A stretch of DNA of 16,816 nt, from contig CAWGKG010000001.1 in NCBI GenBank assembly GCA_963823035.1, forward strand, positions 1 through 16,816, written 5' to 3'. Below the pieces are notes generated by a model. The model saw nothing but the letters and a program-made list of their open reading frames with translations, did not search any database and was not told the origin of the DNA. Shown piece by piece: positions 1-8,665 of the stretch (position 1 is the stretch's first letter; the number at the start of each line of letters is the position of its first letter). The DNA is from an uncultured Gemmatimonadales bacterium (GTDB lineage Bacteria > Gemmatimonadota > Gemmatimonadetes > Longimicrobiales > Gaopeijiaceae). The translations under genes were made by a program, and so were the position numbers.

Positions 1-67
1 GTCTTCAAAACCGTGCAGCCCGGCTGAACCCCGGGTGGGTGGGTTCGATTCCCACACACTCCCGCCA
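1..67 (+). tRNA. selC: tRNA-Sec (anticodon TCA), 5'-truncated by the window edge
   Basis: Anticodon loop CTTCAAA (3-9, TCA at 5-7) closed by GT/AC; long variable arm (CCCGG 19-23 / CCGGG 31-35); 5-bp T-stem GTGGG/CCCAC with loop TTCGATT; 8-nt acceptor 3' strand ACACTCCC, G discriminator and CCA ending at 67. This is the bacterial 8/5 tRNA-Sec layout. Confidence 0.93.
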
Positions 68-74
68 GTCGGCT

Positions 75-122
75 CGGAGGCCCCGTACGGCTCGCAGGCG
101 TGCGGGGCTTCCGTTAACGTTT
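75..122 (+). terminator. Probable intrinsic terminator after selC
   Basis: 15-bp stem CGGAGGCCCCGTACG (75-89) / CGTGCGGGGCTTCCG (99-113) with two G-U pairs, followed by T-rich TTAACGTTT. Confidence 0.6.
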
Positions 123-128
123 CCTGCC

Positions 129-773
129 ATGCCCTCTCACGCCCCAGCACCCCCAGCGTCCTGCGTCGCGCAGGCGATCCGCCGCGTGGCGTGCGTCTTC
201 GCATGGGGGCCCCTCTTCGCCCTGGTGCCGGGCACCGCGGCCGCGCAGGCGCTCCCGACCCCGCCCCCCGCGGTCACGGATTCAACCACGCGCCCACCCA
301 GGCGCGGCGTGTCGCCGAGAGGGGCGTTCCTGCGGGCGGTCGTCATCCCCGGCTGGGGCCATGCCTCGATCGGCGCCTACAACCGCGGCGCGTTCTACGT
401 GACGTTGGAGAGCGCGACGGGATGGGCGCTCGTCAAGGCCCGCAAGCGCGTCCAGGAGGCGAGCCAGCGCGTCGCGTTCCGCGAGAGGGTGGTACGCGCC
501 GAGCTCGCGGCGCAGAACATCATCGATCCCGACACGGTCCAGGCCAGGCTGGACGGCGACGAAACGCTCCTGGACCTGCAGAGCCTCGAGGAGTCACGGC
601 GGCAGCAGCGGGAAGACTGGACCGCCCTGGGGATCTTCTTCCTCTTCCTCTCCGGCGCGGACGCCTACGTCTCGGCGCACCTCCAGCACTTCCCGCAGCC
701 GATCGAGTTCAACGCCCTACCCGTCGGGGGCGGGCGGATGGAGCTCTCGGTCTCGCTCAAGCTCCCCAGGTGA
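129..773 (+). CDS. DUF5683-like membrane protein
   Basis: ATG at 129 in the 39..773 frame (the earlier start lies inside the tRNA). Signal-like AAAQ, the motif SPRGAFLRAVVIPGWGH, a helical/coiled-coil middle and a C-terminal hydrophobic segment ending DAYVSAHL, resembling DUF5683 proteins. Confidence 0.7.
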   Translation: MPSHAPAPPASCVAQAIRRVACVFAWGPLFALVPGTAAAQALPTPPPAVTDSTTRPPRRGVSPRGAFLRAVVIPGWGHASIGAYNRGAFYVTLESATGWALVKARKRVQEASQRVAFRERVVRAELAAQNIIDPDTVQARLDGDETLLDLQSLEESRRQQREDWTALGIFFLFLSGADAYVSAHLQHFPQPIEFNALPVGGGRMELSVSLKLPR

Positions 774-1498
774 CGAGGCGGGGCGCGGCCCCGCCTCCTT
801 CCAGCACGACGTAGGTGTCGTGCTCCACCCAGTCGCCGGCGTTCACGTACCAACGGCCGGGCTCCACCTCGCGCAGGCGCGGCTGGTGCGTGTGGCCGAG
901 CACCACCAGGTCCAGGTCGGGCGACTCCCTCAGCCGGCCCACCGCCCACGCCTCCAGCGCGTCGGCGCGCTCCTTCTCGGCCCGGGTCGGCTCCGACTCG
1001 TCGGTGCTCGGTCTGGGAGACGCCCCCCGCGATGCGACCGCCGAGGTCGGGGCCGAGCAGCCCGAAGGCGAAGCGGGTCAGGCGCCCGCGCAGGAGCACC
1101 TTCAGCGCACGGTAGCCCAGGTCGCCGCGCCCGAGCCCGTCGCCGTGCGCGAGCAGCGTCTTCAGGCCGCCGAAGTCGCGCACGACCGGGTCCTGCAGGA
1201 ACTCGAGGCCGATCTCCTCCCGCAGATACCGCCCGCCCCACCAATCGTGGTTGCCGCCCATGAGCGTGATCGGGGTACCCTCGCGCACGACCTCCGCGAG
1301 AAGGGACAGCACCCGCTCGTACCCACGGGGGATGCCCGAGCGGTACTCGAACCAGAAGTCGAAGAGATCGCCGTTGATGACGATGCGCCCTGCCTCCGCC
1401 GCCGCGTGGCGCAGCCACGCGTAGAAGGCCTCCTCGTGCGCGCGGGTCACCGCGCCGAGGTGGACGTCCGAGGCCAGGTAGACGGGTCGCTCGTTCAT
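757..1498 (-). CDS. lpxH: UDP-2,3-diacylglucosamine diphosphatase (LpxH-like metallophosphoesterase), one apparent frameshift near 995-1005
   Basis: Start MNERPVYLASDVHLG at 1498. Calcineurin-like motifs DVHLG, GDLFDFW, GGNHD and HGD lie in the 665..1852 frame; GHTHQP and NAGDW lie in the 757..942 frame. Removing one base near 1000 joins them. Confidence 0.82.
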
Positions 1499-1600
1499 GG
1501 CGGCGAACGATGCCCGCTCGGGCGGGGCCTCACAAGTGGGGCCGTGCCGTGCCGCGAACGACGGCGCCAGGCGGGGGTATGAGCCGCGACCTCTCCAGCG

Positions 1601-1607
1601 TAGCTTA
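1601..1607. promoter_or_regulatory. Candidate overlapping divergent -10 elements (TAGCTT on +, TAAGCT on -)
   Basis: AT-rich TAGCTTA in the GC-rich gap between lpxH and the lipoprotein gene; the + hexamer ends 7 nt before ATG 1614. Confidence 0.35.
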
Positions 1608-1613
1608 CCGCCC

Positions 1614-2323
1614 ATGCCCATCCCCGTCCGCGTCCCGATCCTCCTCGCCAGCGCCCTCACCCTCGGCGCTTCGGGCGCGTGCGCACCACGCGGCCCCGGC
1701 GTGGTCGCCCCCGCGTCGGACGCGGCGGGACTCGCCGCCCGGCTGGAGAGCGGCACCTCCCTCCAGGAGCCGATCCGCGTGCTCTTCGAGTGGTCGCTCA
1801 ACGACGCCGGGGTGCGGGTGAAAGGGCGAGGGCGTGGCCCGGATCGAGCCACCCTACAAGGCGCGGCTGGACCTCTTCTACAACGGCGAGACGGTCGTGC
1901 GCGCCGCGCTCGTGGACGGGGAGCTGCGGCTGCCCCCGGGGACGCCGGACAACATCCTGCCGCCGCCCGACCTCATGTGGGGCGTGCTGGGCGTCTTCCG
2001 GCCCGAGACCGGCACCGAGCTGCTGGGCGCGGACGAGCTGGAGGACGGGTCCGTGCAGCTCCGCTACCGCTACCGCGACGGACGCCTCCTGACGTTCCGC
2101 GTGGCGGACGGGAGGGTCCGGTCCATGGAGCTCCTCGACGGCGGGCACGTCGTCCAGCGCGTCGAGCTGGACCTCGGGGAAGGAAGCCGCTATCCGGAGG
2201 AGGCGACGTACCGCAACCTGGCCGACTTCCGGGAGCTCAAGCTGACGCGGGACTCGATCGAGCGGGTCGGGCCCTATCCGCCCGAGCATCTGGGATCCCC
2301 TGAGGGCGGGAGCCGGACGATGA
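1614..2323 (+). CDS. Uncharacterised predicted lipoprotein (possibly LolA/LolB-like beta fold); apparent frameshifts near 1830 and 2285
   Basis: MPIPVRVPILLASALTLGASGAC is a signal peptide ending in a lipobox-like Cys. Deleting one G at 1830-1832 gives ...VKGRGVARIEPPYKARLDLF...; deleting one base near 2285 gives ...PP(E/S)IWDPLRAGAGR-stop, whose TGA overlaps the lptE ATG (ATGA 2320-2323). Confidence 0.65.
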
Positions 2324-2838
2324 GCGGACGGCAGGTGGCCGTGCAGGCGCTGACGCTCGTGGCCGCGTTCGTCGCGGGTGGGTGCAACTACTCCTTCCGC
2401 GCGGGGAGCTTTCCGCCTCCCCACATCAAGACGATCGCCGTGGCGCCCTTCGACAACGAGACGGCGCGCTTCGAGATCTCCGGAGAGGTCTACGACGAGC
2501 TGCTCCGCGAGCTGCCGCGCTCGCTGGGCATCCGCACCGCCGGCGAGGACGTGGCGGACGCCGTCGTGCGCGGCACGATCACCCGCTACGACGTGGTCGC
2601 CCCGAACTACCGCGCCGGGGATCCGGGCGAGCCGGCCCAGGTGCTGCAGCGCCAGGTGACCATCACGGCGAGCATCCAGATCGTCGACCTCGTGGAGAAC
2701 GTCGTGCTCTGGGAGGACCGCAACGTCGTGTCGCAGGGGGAGTTCGTCGAGTCGAGCGAGAGCGAGGACGTGGGCCGCGCCGAGGCCATCAAACTCCTCA
2801 TCCAGAAGATAGTGGACGGGGCACAGTCCAACTGGTAG
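2320..2838 (+). CDS. lptE: LPS-assembly lipoprotein LptE family
   Basis: Own signal peptide and lipobox-like VAGGC followed by NYSF; IKTIAVAPFDNET, ADAVVRGTITRY, VLWE and a terminal W, all typical of LptE-family lipoproteins. Confidence 0.85.
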   Translation: MSGRQVAVQALTLVAAFVAGGCNYSFRAGSFPPPHIKTIAVAPFDNETARFEISGEVYDELLRELPRSLGIRTAGEDVADAVVRGTITRYDVVAPNYRAGDPGEPAQVLQRQVTITASIQIVDLVENVVLWEDRNVVSQGEFVESSESEDVGRAEAIKLLIQKIVDGAQSNW

Positions 2839-2848
2839 ATTCGGCCTC

Positions 2849-2908
2849 CGTTTCGCCCGGGGGCCCCGAAGGCCCACGGAAAAGCGTGGGATCAGCCAGG
2901 GAACGCAG
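2849..2908 (+). promoter_or_regulatory. Candidate structured leader upstream of mrpE
   Basis: Hairpins GGGCC/GGCCC (2861-2875) and CCCACG/CGTGGG (2873-2890), enclosed by pairing of 2849-2860 with 2896-2905, which covers the SD-like AGGGA. Confidence 0.3.
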
Positions 2909-3391
2909 TTGCTCCGAGCCATCGGTCTGGGTGCGATTCTGTATGGATTCTGGCTCGTCCTCTCGGGCCACTTCGAGCCGCTCCTCATGGGGTTCGGCGT
3001 CGCTTCGTCCGCCCTGGTCGTCTACCTGGCCATGCGCATGGACGTGGCCGACCACGAGGGGCTCCCTCTCCAGCTCGGCGGGCGGGTCTGGTTCTACGTC
3101 CCCTGGCTGATGAAGGAGGTGTTCCTCGCCAACCTGCACGTGGCGAAGATCATCCTCGACCCCAAGCTCCCGATCAGCCCGATCATCGTCCACTACCGCG
3201 CCAGCCAGAAGACCGACCTGGGGCGCGCCATCTACGCCAACTCGATCACGCTCACGCCGGGCACGATCACCACACGGGTGACCGGCGACGACCTCGAGAT
3301 CCACTCCCTCACCTGGATCGACGTGGACGGGCGTGAGGAGGACGAGATGGACCGCCGGTGCACGTGGGTGGAGCAGGGGGGCGCGCACTGA
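2909..3391 (+). CDS. mrpE: Mrp Na+/H+ antiporter subunit E
   Basis: FWLVLSG N-terminus, EVFLANLHVAKIIL, and the MnhE signature ANSITLTPGTIT...IHSL; TTG start. Confidence 0.93.
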   Translation: MLRAIGLGAILYGFWLVLSGHFEPLLMGFGVASSALVVYLAMRMDVADHEGLPLQLGGRVWFYVPWLMKEVFLANLHVAKIILDPKLPISPIIVHYRASQKTDLGRAIYANSITLTPGTITTRVTGDDLEIHSLTWIDVDGREEDEMDRRCTWVEQGGAH

Positions 3392-3678
3392 TGTTCGCGG
3401 TCGCCGCCGTGGGAATCCTCGTGGCCATGGGCATGGCGATGGTCCGCGCCCTGCTCGGGCCCACCGTGTACGACCGCGTGCTGGCCGTGAACACCTTCGG
3501 GACGAAGACGGTGCTCCTGCTCGCGGTGATCGGCTTCCTGACCGGCCGCCCCGACTGGGTGGACCTCAGCCTGGTGTACGCGCTCATCAACTTCATCGGG
3601 ACGATCGCCGTGCTGAAGTTCTTCGAGTTCGGCGACCTGGGCCGCCAGCGTCACGTCGACACGGGGGGCGGCGACTGA
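3391..3678 (+). CDS. mrpF: Mrp subunit F
   Basis: RALLGPTVYDRVLAVN and YALINFIGTIAVLKF; three hydrophobic helices; ATG overlaps the mrpE stop (TGATG). Confidence 0.93.
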   Translation: MFAVAAVGILVAMGMAMVRALLGPTVYDRVLAVNTFGTKTVLLLAVIGFLTGRPDWVDLSLVYALINFIGTIAVLKFFEFGDLGRQRHVDTGGGD

Positions 3679-4001
3679 TGCTGCACATGGCGCTCGACGT
3701 CCTCTCGTGGGCGAGCATCCTCGCCGGCCTCTTCTTCATCCTGGTCGGCACGCTCGGCGTGCTGCGCATGCCCGACATCTACACGCGCCTGCATGCCGCC
3801 GGGATGACGGACACGATGGGCGCCGCCTTCATGATCCTGGGGATGTGCTTCCAGGCCGGCATCCACCTCCTCACGCTCCGCCTCCTCCTCGTGTACGTCT
3901 TCCTGCTCTTCACGAGCCCGATCGGGACGCACGCGCTCGCGCGCGCCGCCCTCTCCGGGAAGGTCGAGCCGTACCGCGCACCCTTCCACGAAGGGGATTG
4001 A
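3678..4001 (+). CDS. mrpG: Mrp subunit G
   Basis: GTLGVLRMPDIYTRLHAAGMTDTMG and FTSPIGTHALARAA; TGATG coupling to mrpF. Confidence 0.93.
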   Translation: MLHMALDVLSWASILAGLFFILVGTLGVLRMPDIYTRLHAAGMTDTMGAAFMILGMCFQAGIHLLTLRLLLVYVFLLFTSPIGTHALARAALSGKVEPYRAPFHEGD

Positions 4002-4003
4002 GC

Positions 4004-4606
4004 GTGGACGCCGTCGTCGACATCTCCGTCCTCGCGCTCCTCGCCGTGACCGCGCTCGCGCTGCTGCGCCTGCGGAACCTCTTCGCGGTCGCGATGCTCT
4101 CGGGGATCTACTCCCTCCTGTCCGCCGTGCTGTGGACGATGCTCGACGCGGTCGACGTGGCCTTCACGGAGGCGGCGGTCGGCGCCGGCATCTCGACCGT
4201 GCTCCTGCTGGGCTCGCTCGCCCTGGTCGGCCACGAGGAGAAGAAGCCGGCCCACCGCCCGCTCCTCCCCCTCTTCGTCGTGCTCGTCACCGGCGGCGTG
4301 CTCATCTACGGCACGCTGGACATGCCGCCCTTCGGCGCACCCGACAACCCGGCGCACCTGCACGTGGCCCCGCGCTACGTGGAGGAATCCGGACACGAGA
4401 TCGGGGTGCCCAACATCGTGACCTCCGTGCTCGCCTCGTACCGCGGCTACGACACCATGGGCGAGACCACGGTGATCTTCACCGCGGTGGTGGGCGTGCT
4501 CCTCCTGCTGGCCCGCGGGCCGCGCCCGCGCCGGCCGTGGACGCCGGGCGAGCGCTCCCACGACGCGGACGACATCGAGCCGGGGGAGGAGCGCCTGCAT
4601 GGATGA
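4004..4606 (+). CDS. mrpB: Mrp subunit B' (DUF4040 plus MnhB N-terminal part, similar to the MrpA C-terminal region)
   Basis: LDAVDVAFTEAAVGAGISTV (DUF4040 motif) and PNIVTSVLASYRGYDTMGETTVIF; GTG start (TTG at 3998 is an alternative). Confidence 0.88.
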   Translation: MDAVVDISVLALLAVTALALLRLRNLFAVAMLSGIYSLLSAVLWTMLDAVDVAFTEAAVGAGISTVLLLGSLALVGHEEKKPAHRPLLPLFVVLVTGGVLIYGTLDMPPFGAPDNPAHLHVAPRYVEESGHEIGVPNIVTSVLASYRGYDTMGETTVIFTAVVGVLLLLARGPRPRRPWTPGERSHDADDIEPGEERLHG

Positions 4607-5016
4607 CCGGATCATCCTCCGTGTCGGGACCAAGTTCCTGATCCCCTACATCCTGCTGTTCGCGCTCTACGTGCAGTTCCACGGCGACTACGGGCCGGGC
4701 GGCGGCTTCCAGGCCGGCGTCATCTTCGCGGCCGCCTTCATCCTGTACGCGCTCGTGTACGGGCTGGGGAAGGTGAAGCAGGTGCTGCCGCCCCGGTGTC
4801 GCCTACCTCTGCTCGGCGGTGGGCGTGATGATCTACGCGGGCACCGGCGTGGTCACGATCCTGCGGGGCGGGGGCTTCCTGGACTACAACGTCCTCCTGC
4901 ACGACCCCCACCACGGCCAGCACTGGGGGATCTTCTCGGTCGAGTTCGGCGTGCTGGTGACGGTGTTCGGCGTGATGGTCTCGATCTTCTACGCCTTCGC
5001 CGGCCGCAGGAGCTGA
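4599..5016 (+). CDS. mrpB: Mrp subunit B, one apparent frameshift at 4791-4794
   Basis: HGDYGPGGGFQAGVI signature. Deleting one C of the CCCC run gives VLPPGVAYLCSAVGVMIY... and continues to VEFGVLVTVFGVMVSIF. Confidence 0.88.
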
Positions 5017-5020
5017 CGCC

Positions 5021-5380
5021 GTGAGACTCCTGGGCCTCTACAACTACTGGATCGTCGTGGGCCTGATGATGATCGGGTTCTACACGATGATCTCGCGCGG
5101 CAATCTGGTGAAGAAGCTCGTCGGGCTGAGCGTCTTCCAGACGTCCGTGATGATCCTCTACATCAGCATGGGGAAGATCTTCGGCGGCACCGCGCCCATC
5201 CTGCTCGAGGACGGCGAGCACGTGGTCTACACCAACCCCATCCCCTCCGTCCTCATCCTCACCGCGATCGTGGTCGGCGTCGCGACGCTGTCCGTGGGCC
5301 TCGCGCTCGTCGTGCGCATCAAGGAGGCGTACGGCACCATCGAGGAAGACGAGATCCACGAGCAGGACGACGTGATGTGA
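5021..5380 (+). CDS. mrpC: Mrp subunit C (NuoK-like)
   Basis: NLVKKLVGL, NPIPSVLILTAIVVGVA and YGTIEEDEI motifs. Confidence 0.93.
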   Translation: MRLLGLYNYWIVVGLMMIGFYTMISRGNLVKKLVGLSVFQTSVMILYISMGKIFGGTAPILLEDGEHVVYTNPIPSVLILTAIVVGVATLSVGLALVVRIKEAYGTIEEDEIHEQDDVM

Positions 5381-6856
5381 TCAGCGAGAACCTGCCCGTC
5401 CTCCAGGTCGTGGTGCCGCTGCTGTGCGCACCGATCATCGCGATCGTGCGCCGACCCCGCCTGTCGTGGCTCATCTCCATGCTCGCGGCGTTCTGGTCGT
5501 TCGGCGTGGCCGTCACGCTGCTCTCCCGCGTGTTGGCGCACGGCGTCATCGACTACGAGATCGGCGGCTGGCCCGCGCCGTGGGGCATCGCCTACCGCGT
5601 CGACACGGTGAACGCGTTCGTCCTGGTGATCGTGTCGACGATCGCCTCGGTGGTGCTCCCCTACGCCAGGGTGAGCGTGGAGCGCGAGGTCGAGGAAGAC
5701 CGGCTGCCGCTGTTCTACACGGCGCTCACGCTGTGCCTGACCGGGCTCCTCGGCATCACGATCACCGGCGACGTCTTCAACGTCTTCGTCTTCCTGGAGA
5801 TCTCGTCGCTGTCGGCCTACGCGCTCATCGCCCTCGGCCAGGATCGGCGCGCCCTCACGGCGTCGTACCAGTACCTGATCATGGGGAGCGTCGGCGCGAC
5901 CTTCATCGTGATCGGCATCGGCCTCATGTACGTGATGACCGGCACGCTGAACATGGCCGACCTGGCGGAGCGCCTGCCGGCCGTGGCGGCCAGCCGCACG
6001 ATCCCGGTCGCCTTCGCCTTCCTCGCCGTGGGGATCAGCCTCAAGCTCGCGCTCTTCCCGCTGCACCTCTGGCTGCCGAACGCCTACGCGAGCGCACCGT
6101 CCACGGTCACCGCCTTCATCGCCTCGACGGCGACGAAGGTGGCCGTGTACATGCTGCTCCGCTTCTTCTTCACGATCTTCGGCGCGTCGTTCTCCTTCGA
6201 CGTCATGCACCTGGATCGCATCCTGATGCCGCTGGCGATCGTCGCGATCATCTCCATGTCGCTCGAGCGCCATCTACCAGGGCAACGCCAAGCGCCTGCT
6301 GGCCTACTCCAGCGTCGCGCAGATCGGCTACATGGTGCTCGGCATCAGCTTCGCGTCGGTGTTCGGCGTCGCGGCCGGCGTGCTGCACCTCTTCAACCAC
6401 GCGCTCATGAAGGGCGCCCTCTTCATGGCGATGGGCTGCGTCATGTACCGCGTCGGCTCGACGCGCATCGACGCGATGGCCGGCCTCGGCAGGACGATGC
6501 CGTTCACCATGGCCGCGTTCGTGGTCGGGGGCCTCAGCCTGATCGGCGTCCCCCTCACGGTCGGCTTCATCAGCAAGTGGTACCTGGTGCAGGCCGCGCT
6601 CGAGAAGGGGATGTGGCCGGTGGCCGTCGTCGTCCTCATCGGCTCGCTCCTGGCCGTCGTCTACGTCTGGAAGGTGGTGGAGGTGGCGTACTTCCGTCCG
6701 GCGCCCGAGGACCACGGCATCCAGGAGGCGCCGCTCGCCATGCTCATCCCGACGTGGATCCTGGTGGGCGCCAACCTCTGGTTCGGCATCGACGCCAAGC
6801 TCACCTCGAGCGTCGCGATCCGTGCCGCGCAGAGCCTGCTGGGGGTGGGCCCGTGA
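5377..6856 (+). CDS. mrpD: Mrp subunit D (proton-pumping antiporter-like subunit), one apparent frameshift near 6265
   Basis: GGWPAPWGI, TGDVFNVFVFLEI, KLALFPLHLWLPNAY and TATKV. Removing one base near 6265 gives LSAIYQGNAKRLLAYSS and joins the 6332..6856 frame (NHALMKGALF, GFISKW). Confidence 0.9.
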
Positions 6857-8320
6857 GCGTCGCCGTGCTGGCGGCCGTCGCGGTCTCGCTTCCGTTGGTG
6901 GGAGGCTTCTTCGTGCTGGCGCTCGGCAAGTGGCCGAACGCGCGCGAGGCGGCCTCGCTCGTCACGGCCACGTCGCTCTTCCTGGTGGTGTACTCGATGC
7001 TCGGCCCGGTGCGCGCCGGAACCGTGGCCGGCCTGACGCTCGTGGAGGTCGATGCCCGGCGTGACCCTCGGCCTCCAGGTCGAGCCGCTCGGGCTCCTCT
7101 TCGCGCTGGTGGCGTCCTTCCTCTGGATCGTCACCACCCTGTACGCCATCGGCTACATGCGCGGGCACCACGAGAAGAACCAGACCCGCTTCTACTTCTT
7201 CTTCGCGGTGTCGATCGCCGCGGCGATGGGCGCGGCCTTCTCGGCCAACCTCTTCACGCTCTTCGCCTTCTACGAGCTGCTCACCCTTTGCACCTTCCCG
7301 CTCGTCACGCACCACGGGACGGAAGAGGCGCGCAAGGCCGGCCGCGTCTACCTGGGCATCCTCCTCACCACGTCGATCGGCTTCCAGCTCCTCGCGATCA
7401 TCTGGACGTGGCAGATCGCCGGCACGGTCGATTTCCGCCCCGGCGGCATCCTCGCCGGCACGGCGTCGCGTGGCGTGCTCGGCGCGCTCCTCGTGCTCTT
7501 CGTCTTCGGGGTGGGAAAGGCCGCCGTGATGCCCTTCCACCGCTGGCTCCCGGCGGCGATGGTGGCGCCCACGCCCGTGTCGGCGCTCCTGCACGCGGTC
7601 GCCGTGGTGAAGACCGGCGTGTTCGCGATCTTGAAGATCGTCGTGTACGTGTTCGGCATCGACCTGGTGCGCACGCTGCCCACCACGCCCTGGCTCGCGT
7701 GGATCGCGGCGGCGACGATCATCCTGGCTTCACTCGTCGCGTTCACGAAGGACAACCTCAAGGCCAGGCTGGCCTATTCGACCATCAGCCAGCTCTCCTA
7801 CATCGTGCTGGGGGCGCTGCTCGCGAACCCCTACGGCGTGATCGGGGGCGGCATGCACATCGCCATGCACGCCTTCGGGAAGATCACGCTCTTCTTCGCG
7901 GCCGGCGCGGTGCTGGTGGCCGCCCACGAGACGGACATCAGCCGGATGCACGGGCTCGGCCGGACCATGCCCATCACCTTCGGCGCCTTCTTCGTCGGAT
8001 CGCTGAGCATCATCGGCCTGCCGCCGGCCGGCGGAGCGTGGAGCAAGTGGTTCCTGGGTCTGGGCACGCTCGAGGCGGGGCAGCTCGGGCTGCTCGTGAC
8101 GCTCATGGTCAGCTCGCTGCTGAGCCTCGTCTACCTCCTGGAGATCCCGATGCGGGCCTTCTTCGGCAAGCCGCCGCCGGACGCGCACCGCCACGAGGGC
8201 ATCCACGAGGCGCCGTGGCCGTCCGTGGTCGCGATCGTGGTGACGGCGGTGGCCACCGTCGGCCTCTTCCTCCATCCGGAACCGTTCCACGAGCTGATGA
8301 CCCTGGTGGTGTCCCGATGA
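6853..8320 (+). CDS. mrpD: Second antiporter-like subunit (MrpD family, with MrpA/NuoL-type core motifs), one apparent frameshift near 7050
   Basis: GTG at 6853 overlaps the previous stop (GTGA); N-terminus is in the 5377..8658 frame and the remainder in 7052..8320. Motifs FYELLT, KAAVMPFHRWLPAAMVAPTPVSALLHAVAVVKTG, LAYSTISQLSY and HAFGKITLF. Confidence 0.87.
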
Positions 8321-8665
8321 GCCACGACGTGCGACACCCGCACCTGCGCGCCGGCGGCGAGCCCGAAGCCCCGCCGCTCGGCCCGCGCGCCCACTGGAAG
8401 GAGGGCGAAGAGGCGCCCGGCGCGTGGGACAAGAAGAGCCAACGTGGACCGCCTGCTCCGCGTCCTTTTCGCCGTGAGCGCCGTGCTGGTGGCGCTGGAC
8501 CTCTTCGTGCACCGGCACACGGAGCACCCGTGGGAGCACGTGATCGCGTTCTATCCCCTGTACGGCTTCGTGGGGATCGTCGTCCTGGTGCTCGTGGCCA
8601 AGGTGCTGCGCGCGCTCGTGATGCGGCCGGAGGACTACTACGGGGGCGACCACGATGATCGGTAG
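8317..8665 (+). CDS. Small two-helix membrane protein inside the mrp cluster, one apparent frameshift near 8440
   Basis: ATG at 8317 overlaps the previous stop (ATGA). Removing one base near 8440 joins ...AWDKK to NVDRLLRVLF...FYPLYGFVGIVVLVLVAKVLRALVMRPEDYY. Overlaps the next gene by 11 nt. Confidence 0.72.

Noticed and set aside
1834..2838. Apparent 334-aa fusion of a beta-rich domain to LptE
   Set aside because: LptE has its own signal peptide and lipobox at 2320; deleting one base near 2285 restores a stop overlapping that ATG.
5377..8658. 1093-aa giant MrpD/MrpA-like ORF
   Set aside because: Chimera caused by frameshifts: real segments of three genes are joined by off-frame Arg/Pro/Gly-rich text.
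757..8665. Pseudogenisation or programmed frameshifting of lpxH and mrp genes
   Set aside because: All breaks are single extra bases with intact motifs on both sides and no shared slippery sequence; sequencing error is more parsimonious, though reads are needed to confirm.
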